Shown one piece after another: positions 1 through 6,818 of a DNA stretch of 29,543 nucleotides; the first letter of the stretch is position 1, and every line of letters starts with the position of its first letter. Source of the DNA: Deltaproteobacteria bacterium (GTDB lineage Bacteria > Myxococcota_A > UBA9160 > SMWR01); assembly GCA_032128375.1 (NCBI GenBank), contig JAQBGU010000134.1, forward strand, positions 1 through 29,543, written 5' to 3'. The notes beneath the pieces were generated by a model. It ran no database searches, was not told where the DNA came from, and saw nothing but the letters and a program-made list of their open reading frames with translations. The position numbers and the translations under genes are program-made.

Positions 1-180
1 GTCGACCGCCGTCCGAAGAAGATTCTCCGCCGCCCGTAGCAGGTTGTGAGGGCAGGCAAGTCCTCCTCCAACGCGTTCGCCACGCGCCGCCACCACGTCT
101 GGAGGCTCGGGTGGAGCTTATGGTAGGCGGCATGGATGCGCTTGGCTTCCTTCGCGGTGATCGCCACCCCCGTCATGTCG
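1..180 (-). other. Fragment resembling a phage-type family A DNA polymerase, in frame with the PilY1-like ORF
   Basis: TGVAITAKEAKRIHAAYHKLHPSLQTWWRRVANALEEDLPALTTCYGRRRIFFGRR matches the PolA segment after motif B (EA...Y...P...W...T.xGRRR.F). Confidence 0.7.
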
Positions 181-1034
181 GCCAGCACCCGCGGCATCCA
201 GTAGGTGTAGAGTTGGAATAGCGTTTCTGACAGCGGTGTTCCGTCGGTCAGCCGGATGGTTTCATTTTTGATCGACGCCTCGAGCTGCGCTGCGTGGTTC
301 GGGTTCGAGCGACCGAGATCTTCGGAAACGAACCCGCCGTTCGGATCGCCACCGGCTACCAGCGGGCTTACCTCGCGGAACGCCGCGGTGCCAAAACGGA
401 CGTTCTTCGTTTCTGCAACGCACAGCAGGTCGAGCAGCACTTGCTTGGTGGCTTCGAAACGCGTGCGGCGATACTTCTCTGCGAATGGACCCGCGCCACC
501 CGCCACCGTGCAGCCCACAACCTTTGCGACAGCATTTTCGATCTCGTCGAGAATGCGGCCCTCGGTGGCATCGTTTTCGTCGAGGCCGAGGTACCACATC
601 ATGTAACGGCCGTCCCAGAAGGTCGGATTCAGCGGCCCGTAGACGGTTCGCCTGCTGCGCGCGGGGGTGTCGCACTCAATGTTATTTTCGTCGCTGGTGA
701 GTCGGTAGGTGGTATTCGGGTCGAGATTCGGTGAGGCAAGGCTCAGCGCACTTTCCAGATCCGACGAGACCGTGCAGTAACCCGCGTCGGGCACCTTGTC
801 GGGGTCGAACTCCGGGTGCCACTCGATTTGCGCCATCGACTTGGAATTGTCGATGAACAGCACCACGTTTGGCGCCACAGCAGCCTGGATCAGGAACAGA
901 TCGTCGCCACCCTGGTCGAGCGGCGGCGGGGGCGGTGCGACGGGCTTGGCGGCCCACGCGGGCGTTGCAAGCACCACAACCAGCGCAATCGCCAGCAGCG
1001 ATAGCGCGCACGTGAAGTTCGACCGGTTCGACAT
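1..1034 (-). CDS. PilY1-like type IV pilus adhesin, N-terminal vWA region (partial, runs off the window edge; last ~58 codons are not PilY1-like)
   Basis: Translated by hand. ATG at 1034 with GAGGTG just upstream; open to position 1. Signal peptide MSNRSNFTCALSLLAIALVVVLATPAWA, then a Pro-rich linker, PNVVLFIDNSKSM (MIDAS DxSxS), RTRFEATKQVL, NVRFG and GTPLSETL, as in PilY1 vWA domains. Confidence 0.75.
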   Translation of the reverse strand, partial: MSNRSNFTCALSLLAIALVVVLATPAWAAKPVAPPPPPLDQGGDDLFLIQAAVAPNVVLFIDNSKSMAQIEWHPEFDPDKVPDAGYCTVSSDLESALSLASPNLDPNTTYRLTSDENNIECDTPARSRRTVYGPLNPTFWDGRYMMWYLGLDENDATEGRILDEIENAVAKVVGCTVAGGAGPFAEKYRRTRFEATKQVLLDLLCVAETKNVRFGTAAFREVSPLVAGGDPNGGFVSEDLGRSNPNHAAQLEASIKNETIRLTDGTPLSETLFQLYTYWMPRVLADMTGVAITAKEAKRIHAAYHKLHPSLQTWWRRVANALEEDLPALTTCYGRRRIFFGRRS

Positions 1035-1290
1035 ACATCACCTCGTGTTCGCTCGAAATCCAAAGGAGCGAGCGCCCACAACGGAACTGTGGTGTCGTAC
1101 GAATCGGTGCTGCGATGCGTCGGCTTGAGCCAATTGGCCGAAAAAACTGAATCCTGCCGGGGATTTGCGGCTGTGTGGAGAGCGATTCGAGGATTCGCGG
1201 AATCGTCCGCAGGAGCTCGAAGCGGCGTCGGTCGTATCGCTCGAAGAACTTCGGGTTGCGTCATCACTTGCGCGAAAACCCGCAACTCTA

Positions 1291-1334
1291 CTCGGGCAAT
1301 CTCGGGCAATCTCGGGCGATCTCGGGCGATCTCG
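1291..1334. repeat. 10-bp tandem repeat CTCGGGC(A/G)AT, about 4.4 copies
   Basis: ctcgggcaat ctcgggcaat ctcgggcgat ctcgggcgat ctcg, read directly. Confidence 0.95.
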
Positions 1335-1342
1335 CCCCCCAC

Positions 1343-1768
1343 TCAGCCTTGCATGAGCTCCAGCGGCTCCATCCCCAGCGCTTCGCGGTAGGTGTTGTGG
1401 TCGTGGTGGAGGGCGGGCTCGTTGCGCCCGAAGATCACATACTCGGGCACGCCGGCCTCAGCGCCGAGCTGGCTGCGTGCCGCCACCGCGTCGTCCTCAT
1501 CGCGAATGATCTCGGCAAATCCGTGGCCAACGTTGCTGATCAGCTCTCCATATTCGGCCAGGGCATCGGGACGAGCGTAGAAGCCGATCCGCGACAGGCA
1601 CCGCGCCGGTTCCCCGGGGTCCGGATAGGTTCGCACCAGTACGACTCCGAACGGTGTGACGTTCACCTGCACATTGGGAAAGAGGTAGTCGACCGGAAAC
1701 GTCCCCTTGGAGATGTGCCAGCTGTCCTCGGGTTGGTCGCGTGAACGCGGGCGCGAGGTACCAAGCAA
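1343..1768 (-). pseudogene. C-terminal remnant of a Rieske ring-hydroxylating oxygenase alpha subunit
   Basis: YLFPN, RDED and FGRNEPALHHxH are typical of the catalytic C-terminal domain. No Rieske CxH...CxxH domain and no convincing start upstream. Confidence 0.75.
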
Positions 1769-1771
1769 ATT

Positions 1772-2230
1772 TCAAAGCGTCACGCTGGACGGGCCGTCAG
1801 CCAGCAGTTGTTTCTCGAGTTCGCGGAGTTCCGCTTCGATTCGCGGCCGGACCGGCGCAGCCGCGATCCCCAGCAGTACCGTGTAGAGCCCCCAGAGTGA
1901 CCGGACCCGAAAGCCCGCCTCGTCCAGCACACCGAATGCCCACTGTGCGCCGGCGATCGTAACCGTGATAGACCGGGCGACCGGCAATGTTCGGATCGAG
2001 AACGTCGAGCAGGAGCCCTTGTTCGATCCCGGCCTCGATCGCGACGCCCTGCATGCGGGCTGCGCGTCGCGATATTCGGCCATCCGCAACGGAGCCGCGC
2101 GCGAGGCCCTGGAGGGCCGCCATCAACATCGGTCGAAAAACCCCCTCGTTCGCAACCAGATGCCGGATGCTGATCGTGATCACAGCGCGACAGCGCTCGA
2201 GGGGAGCCTCCTGCTCGAGTCTGCGAGATC
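1772..2230 (-). pseudogene. Frameshifted, 5'-truncated TetR-like regulator (ligand-binding half)
   Basis: PLERCRAVITISIRHLVANEGVFRPML...AIEAGIEQGLL...VYHG in one frame continues as QWAFGVLDEAGFRVRSLWGLYTVLLGIA...ELRELEKQL in another (shift near 1960). No HTH is present. Confidence 0.5.
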
Positions 2231-2256
2231 GATGAGGCCGCAGGATCGGCGCTGCA

Positions 2257-2286
2257 TTGACGAAATTATATCGTTCGATATACCAA
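2257..2286 (+). promoter_or_regulatory. Candidate padR promoter with a 7-2-7 palindromic operator TATATCG-TT-CGATATA (2267-2282)
   Basis: TTGACG at 2257-2262, then a perfect inverted repeat in an AT-rich patch about 160 bp upstream of the PadR start. Confidence 0.55.
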
Positions 2287-2445
2287 TAAACATACCAATA
2301 GACCGATCTGGCGACTGGCGCCTGGCGACTGAAAGGGGAAGATTCGAAAGTCCACACGCGCAGCCCGCCGGATCCGGCCCAAATCAGACTTGGGCGACCA
2401 AGAACTCGAACAAACTCCAGAAACTCAAATAAAGAGGAATCACAG

Positions 2446-3009
2446 ATGCTGCACGCCAGACGACGACATCGAAGACACCACGAACACTCAGGGCGAAGCA
2501 GCCGCTACGGTCACCCCATGTGGGGAATGGGCCGGTCTCGCTTGTTTGGGCGCGGTGAGTTGCGCCTCGCGCTGCTATCGCTGATCGGAGACGGACCCAA
2601 GCACGGCTACGAGTTGATGAAGCAACTCGAGAACCGCTCCGGCGGCACGTACCGCGCGAGTGCGGGTTCGGTCTATCCGACGCTGCAGCAAATCGAAGAT
2701 GAAGGGCTCGCGGTGTCGGAGCAATCGAACGGGAAGCGCGTCTATCGCATCACCGAAGAGGGAACCCGAGAAATCGAGAGCGAGGCCGATGCCATCCGAC
2801 GCATCTGGCGACGCGCCGACGAGTGGGGCGACTGGCGGGGCGCTTCGGGCCCAGAAGTCTGGGAAATCGCCCGACCGGCACGCCTGCTCGCGAAGGCGGC
2901 ACTCCGAGCCGTCGCGAGCACCCGCGATGACGTCGATCGCATCGACAGGATCCGGGCGATCCTGGAAAAGGCCACTCGGGAAATCCTCGACCTCGACGAT
3001 CGCGACTAA
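2446..3009 (+). CDS. PadR-family transcriptional regulator with His/Arg-rich N-terminus (YqjI/NfeR-like)
   Basis: FGRGELRLALLSLI...PKHGYELMKQLE...ASAGSVYPTLQQIEDEGL...KRVYRIT; RBS AGAGGA upstream. Confidence 0.92.
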   Translation: MLHARRRHRRHHEHSGRSSRYGHPMWGMGRSRLFGRGELRLALLSLIGDGPKHGYELMKQLENRSGGTYRASAGSVYPTLQQIEDEGLAVSEQSNGKRVYRITEEGTREIESEADAIRRIWRRADEWGDWRGASGPEVWEIARPARLLAKAALRAVASTRDDVDRIDRIRAILEKATREILDLDDRD

Positions 3010-3066
3010 CAGGTCTGCACAGAGACCCGGCCATTCAAACGGAGTCGCCCGCCCCCGACTGCCCCA

Positions 3067-3240
3067 GGCTCGACGAATCCCCGCCCACCCAACAGCGGGT
3101 AGGGGCTGGGGGCGAGGGCGTGGCGCACGGACTGGGCCACTGGAGTACGACACGCCCTCGCCCCTAGCCGTCGAGAACCATCCCCGCACACGGGGGTGCG
3201 AGCAGCCACTCCAAAGAGATACTCACCCCGCAGTCGAGCC
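3067..3240. other. Structured intergenic element with a long GC-rich stem between convergent padR and pyrF
   Basis: 3104-3122 pairs with 3151-3169 (19 bp, one G:U on the + strand). CTCGAC near 3069 can pair with GTCGAG at 3170-3175 or at 3233-3238. Confidence 0.55.
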
Positions 3241-3250
3241 GGTTCGCGCC

Positions 3251-4156
3251 CTACCCTGCGATCGCCTCACCCAGACGATCGATCGCCTCGCCAAGCGCAG
3301 CTTCGAATCCGGCTTCCCAACCGCCACGATGAGCAGCCGGAAACAGGATCGCACGCGAGGAGTTGACGATTCCCCCCTCGAGCCCCGCCGGACCCGACCG
3401 AAAACTCCGGACCGATTCCGCCGCGGACGCACCCTGTACGCCGAAGCCTGGCACGAGAAACAGCGCATTCGGCAATGCCTCTCGGATGATCTCCGCCTCG
3501 GTCGGATACGTCGCACCGACCACCGCGCCCAACGAAGACCACCCGGTCAGCGGCCCGCGCAAGCCGTCGCACGCGTCGCGGAGCATGCTCGCAACCGCTC
3601 CGAAGACGGGTCCCGACGCAAGAGCGAGGTCTTGCAAATCGCCCGAGCCTGGATTGCTGGTCTTGACCAACACGAAAATGCCTCGGCCATTCGAATCGCA
3701 GCGATCGAGAAACGGCTGCAGGCTATCGCGGCCCAGGTAGGGATGGACGGTCAACGCGTCGACCGACAGAGGCGCAGTCGAACACAGATAAGCGTCTGCG
3801 TAGCCTTCGGCCGTCGAGCCCATATCGCCACGTTTGCCATCGAGCACGACCATCAGCCCGCGCGCCCGGCAGCGCACAACGACTGCCTCGAGTGCACGCA
3901 GGCCGCGCCACCCCAGCTGCTCGAAAAGTGCAATCTGGGGTTTGACTACCGCGACCCGTTTGTCGAGGCGGTCGACTACCTCCTCGAAGAACGCCTGCAC
4001 CGCGTCTGCAGTCTCCGGGTCCGCGTTGGCCATCGAGCCGCGCCGGAAGGCCGCTGGAATCTGGTCCAGGTGCGGGTCCAGACCTACGCACAGCGGATGC
4101 GCCAGTTCGCGCACACGCCCGATGATCTGATCCGCGAAGTGAGGGATGTCGGGCAC
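3251..4156 (-). CDS. pyrF: Orotidine-5'-phosphate decarboxylase
   Basis: LCVGLDP, VKPQIALFE, LDGKRGDMGST, LVKTSNPGS, VVGATYP, FLVPGFGVQG, VNSSRAI. The GTG start at 4156 is inferred. Confidence 0.95.
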   Translation of the reverse strand: MPDIPHFADQIIGRVRELAHPLCVGLDPHLDQIPAAFRRGSMANADPETADAVQAFFEEVVDRLDKRVAVVKPQIALFEQLGWRGLRALEAVVVRCRARGLMVVLDGKRGDMGSTAEGYADAYLCSTAPLSVDALTVHPYLGRDSLQPFLDRCDSNGRGIFVLVKTSNPGSGDLQDLALASGPVFGAVASMLRDACDGLRGPLTGWSSLGAVVGATYPTEAEIIREALPNALFLVPGFGVQGASAAESVRSFRSGPAGLEGGIVNSSRAILFPAAHRGGWEAGFEAALGEAIDRLGEAIAG

Positions 4157-4229
4157 CGTGGCGCTGATTGTGCCAGACCTCGGCGATACGTTCACGTGGG
4201 CGGCGGGCAGCGAAGGACACACTGAGTGC

Positions 4230-4280
4230 GCTGTACTTGGGCTGTAGTTGGGCTGTAGTTGGGCTGTACTCAGGCTGCAG
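4230..4280. repeat. 11-bp tandem repeat GCTGTA(C/G)TTGG, about 4.5 copies, degenerate at the end
   Basis: gctgtacttgg gctgtagttgg gctgtagttgg gctgtactcag gctgcag. Confidence 0.9.
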
Positions 4281-4331
4281 TCCGATTCGGACCGCAGCGG
4301 TCCGCCTACTCCGCTAAGCAGCTACGCGCGA

Positions 4332-5660
4332 TCAGCGACCCTTGGTCAGCCGACCCACGTCGATATAGCGTCGGATCTTGCCCTTGCTCTCGAACGCGGT
4401 TCCGACGCGATTCCAGAACTCGATCCGATTGCCGGTTCCAGTCTGGACGTTGACGATCATGTCGCTGACGATCGTCAGATCGCGCGGGTCTTCGACTCCC
4501 TCCCAGCCCGGGTACCACTCGCCGGTCAGCGACGCGTCGCCGCTCCAGCGCTTGTTGTGAGAGATGATCTTCCACAACTCGCCCTTCTGGTCGTAGGCAA
4601 ATGCGTACAGCGCCGTGAGCGTCTGCTTGTCGATGTAGATGTCCTTGTGGTGATAAGGGTGATCTTCGTTCTTGGGCGTCATCCGGACCACGATCGCGTC
4701 GCGCAGTTCCCAACGATCGTCGGCGAACGACAGGCCGTACGGGCCGAAGTTGTGATCTTTTTCGTACGGGTAGGCCTTCACCTTCGTGTTCATCGGTCCG
4801 ATGATTCGCCGCTCGCCCAGGCACTGCCACTCGTACTGCGGAACGATGCCGTTGAAGCTGAACAAGTCGTCCATCGTGAAGTCGGTACCGGCGACCGCGT
4901 CCGTGCGCTGTGCGGTCGAAATTCGACGCACGCGGCGCAACGTCGGCACGTAGACCCAGGTATCGTCGTTCTTCGCGTCGGCCTGGGGACCATCGGAGCT
5001 CTTGTAGCGGTAGCTCAGCAGCATGATTCCGCGCGCGTCGAACGGTGCATCCACTTCCGGGCCCGAGGCAGACTTGCGCTTTTCACCTCGAAAAATGTCG
5101 CCGTCCTGTGTATCCAAATAGTGCGGCTCGACGCGGTGGGAGAGCTGAACACCCTTTGCTGTCCCCTGGTAGTAGAGCGGAAGCTGCTCCCCTCGATCCC
5201 AGTAGGAGTAGAAGAAGTCGGTCTTCGCGCCAGCACCGCGCCACTGGTAGGCGAAGTTCCACATCAACTTGACCCCCGCCTGCGGATCGCCGAGACAATC
5301 GATCCCGTTGGTGTCGAACGGAAGACCGGCCACATGTTTTTCGAGGCTGTTGTCGGGGCCGATCCGCGCCTGCCCCTGAAACCTGGCGGTCGCGTTCTTG
5401 AACGCATCGGCCGGTGTGTAGTCGAACATCGTCGGTCCGATCTCGAGCGACATGCCCTCATAGAAGAAGAAGTCCCGGTTGTCCCAGTACTCTTCGGGCA
5501 AGAAGGGCCGCAGCTTATCGACGGTGTCCATACCAATGATGTCGCCCTCGGCAAACGCGGGCGCAATGGCTCCGGTATCTTCCGCTTCGGCCGAGACGCG
5601 CTCGGCTGCGAGCACCAGGGCCGCCGCCAACGCAATCGTGCAACTGATCTTGCGCATCAT
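4332..5660 (-). CDS. DUF1329-family secreted protein (LolA-like sorting-protein fold), paralog 1
   Basis: RBS GGAGAG before ATG 5660; signal peptide; motifs GLPF, AGVKLMWN, DDTWVYVPTLRRVRR, DRWELR, YDQKGELWK. Confidence 0.85.
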   Translation of the reverse strand: MMRKISCTIALAAALVLAAERVSAEAEDTGAIAPAFAEGDIIGMDTVDKLRPFLPEEYWDNRDFFFYEGMSLEIGPTMFDYTPADAFKNATARFQGQARIGPDNSLEKHVAGLPFDTNGIDCLGDPQAGVKLMWNFAYQWRGAGAKTDFFYSYWDRGEQLPLYYQGTAKGVQLSHRVEPHYLDTQDGDIFRGEKRKSASGPEVDAPFDARGIMLLSYRYKSSDGPQADAKNDDTWVYVPTLRRVRRISTAQRTDAVAGTDFTMDDLFSFNGIVPQYEWQCLGERRIIGPMNTKVKAYPYEKDHNFGPYGLSFADDRWELRDAIVVRMTPKNEDHPYHHKDIYIDKQTLTALYAFAYDQKGELWKIISHNKRWSGDASLTGEWYPGWEGVEDPRDLTIVSDMIVNVQTGTGNRIEFWNRVGTAFESKGKIRRYIDVGRLTKGR

Positions 5661-5669
5661 TTGACTCTC

Positions 5670-5745
5670 CAAGATTCCACGTTCCAAAATTCCGCGTTCC
5701 AAAATTCCGCGTTCGAAAATTCCTCGTTCCCAAATTCCGAAATTC
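5670..5745. repeat. 15-bp tandem repeat CAAAATTCCGCGTTC, about 5 copies, directly upstream of the DUF1329 paralog 1 RBS
   Basis: caagattccacgttc caaaattccgcgttc caaaattccgcgttc gaaaattcctcgttc ccaaattccgaaattc. Confidence 0.92.
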
Positions 5746-5815
5746 GTTCGGGATTCGATTCGTGACCCGAAAGGTCTGCGACAATCGCGACGCCGGCCCC
5801 AGTCCGCGGTCGCGA

Positions 5816-5846
5816 TTTTGACATACCGAGTGCAACTACGTCAAAA
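5816..5846. promoter_or_regulatory. Inverted repeat TTTTGAC-N17-GTCAAAA (candidate operator, or facing -35 boxes)
   Basis: Read directly; contains TTGACA on + and TTGACG on -, between divergent genes. Confidence 0.45.
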
Positions 5847-5955
5847 GTCCCTCGGGGGCCGAATCTGACTTTGGCCGACCGGCCGTGCCGGCACTGAACC
5901 CGATTCGATTTTCGGGCGGCAAGCTGATGTTCTGGCCGAGCCCCGCTTCTGGCTG

Positions 5956-6660
5956 CTCGAGGACGTCCAGACGCTGGCTTCGATGCTGGAATGCAGCGAT
6001 CTGCTGTTCAGCGTCTGTCCGCCATCCGCAGCCCTCGAACTCGCACGGCAGGTGGCCGAAGCAGGCTTTTCCGGTATCTACGTCGACGCGAACGCGATAT
6101 CTCCTCAGACCATGCGAAAACTCGCGGCACTATTCGACACGGGCGCCGTGAGCGTCGTCGACGGTGGGATCATCGGCCCACCGGCCCACCGCGCGGGAAC
6201 GACCGGACTACACCTTTCGGGTGAGGGCGCGAGCGAGGTCGCGGCCTGTTTCGCAACGGGCCCGCTGGAAGTGCGCTGCGTCGATGGACCGATCGGTGCC
6301 GCATCGGCGCTGAAGATGGCCTTCGCAGCCTACACCAAAGGGAGTACCGCGTTATTGGCGATGATCCACGCACTGGCGCGCGCGGAAGGGGTCGATGGGC
6401 CCCTGCTCGCGGAATGGGAGAGGCGAGTGCCCGAGCTGCCTGGGCGCCTGAACGCGAGTGTGCCGGCTTCAGCTGTCAAAGCGTGGCGATTTGGCGCTGA
6501 GATGCACGAAATAGCGGATACCTTCGAAGCCGTCGGCCTGCCCGCTGGGTTTCACCGAGCTGCGGCCGAAGTTTACGATCGGCTGGCCGGTTTCAAGGAC
6601 ATGCCGGAACTGCCGGCGCTCGACACTGTGTCCGACCGACTGCGCGAAAAGCCAGATTGA
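5956..6660 (+). pseudogene. 5'-truncated NAD(P)-dependent oxidoreductase (6PGD/HIBADH-like, with DUF1932-type C-terminus)
   Basis: SDLLFSVCPP, YVDANAISP, VDGGIIGPP, ASALKMAFAAYTKG, KAWRFGAEMHEIA are present. The N-terminal Gly-rich Rossmann motif is absent and the frame is closed by TGA at 5866-5868. Confidence 0.75.
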
Positions 6661-6696
6661 GCTGGGGCTCCGAACGCGGACGAGGCCCAAGAGAAC

Positions 6697-6729
6697 GCGC
6701 GGCGGAAGCTTTTGAGCCTTCCGCCGCGC
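6697..6729. terminator. Hairpin between convergent genes, probable bidirectional terminator
   Basis: GCGCGGCGGAAG / CTTCCGCCGCGC forms a 12-bp perfect stem with a 9-nt loop; U tracts are weak. Confidence 0.65.
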
Positions 6730-6736
6730 ACACTTT

Positions 6737-6810
6737 CCTGTATCGACCAGGCCTGTATCGACCAGGCCTTGTATCGACCAGGTGAATCGATCAGCTGAAT
6801 CGAATCACCT
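6737..6810. repeat. 15-bp tandem repeat CCTGTATCGACCAGG x3, followed by a near-palindrome
   Basis: Units at 6737, 6752 and 6767, then aggtgaatcgatcagctgaatcgaatcacct. Confidence 0.9.
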
Positions 6811-6818
6811 GGGGGGCC

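Noticed and set aside
256..1128. Several listed ORFs on both strands
   Set aside because: They are shadows of the PilY1-like frame (1034 to the window edge), which the track omits because it has no stop in the window.
3040..3245. Identification as 6S RNA, SRP RNA or tRNA
   Set aside because: No SRP domain IV motif, cloverleaf or clear 6S central bubble seen; kept only as an unnamed structured element.
2660..4225. 521-aa plus-strand ORF
   Set aside because: Arg/Pro-rich, overlaps padR out of frame and lies antisense to pyrF; a typical high-GC shadow.
4288..4304. CGGACCG-CAG-CGGTCCG hairpin as a terminator
   Set aside because: Short stem with no U tract on either strand; not enough support.
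5661..5702. N-terminal extension MERGILERGILESQ on DUF1329 paralog 1
   Set aside because: Translation of the 15-bp repeat; the RBS and signal peptide point to ATG 5660.
4248..5765. 505-aa plus-strand ORF
   Set aside because: Antisense to DUF1329 paralog 1; its ends are just translated tandem repeats.
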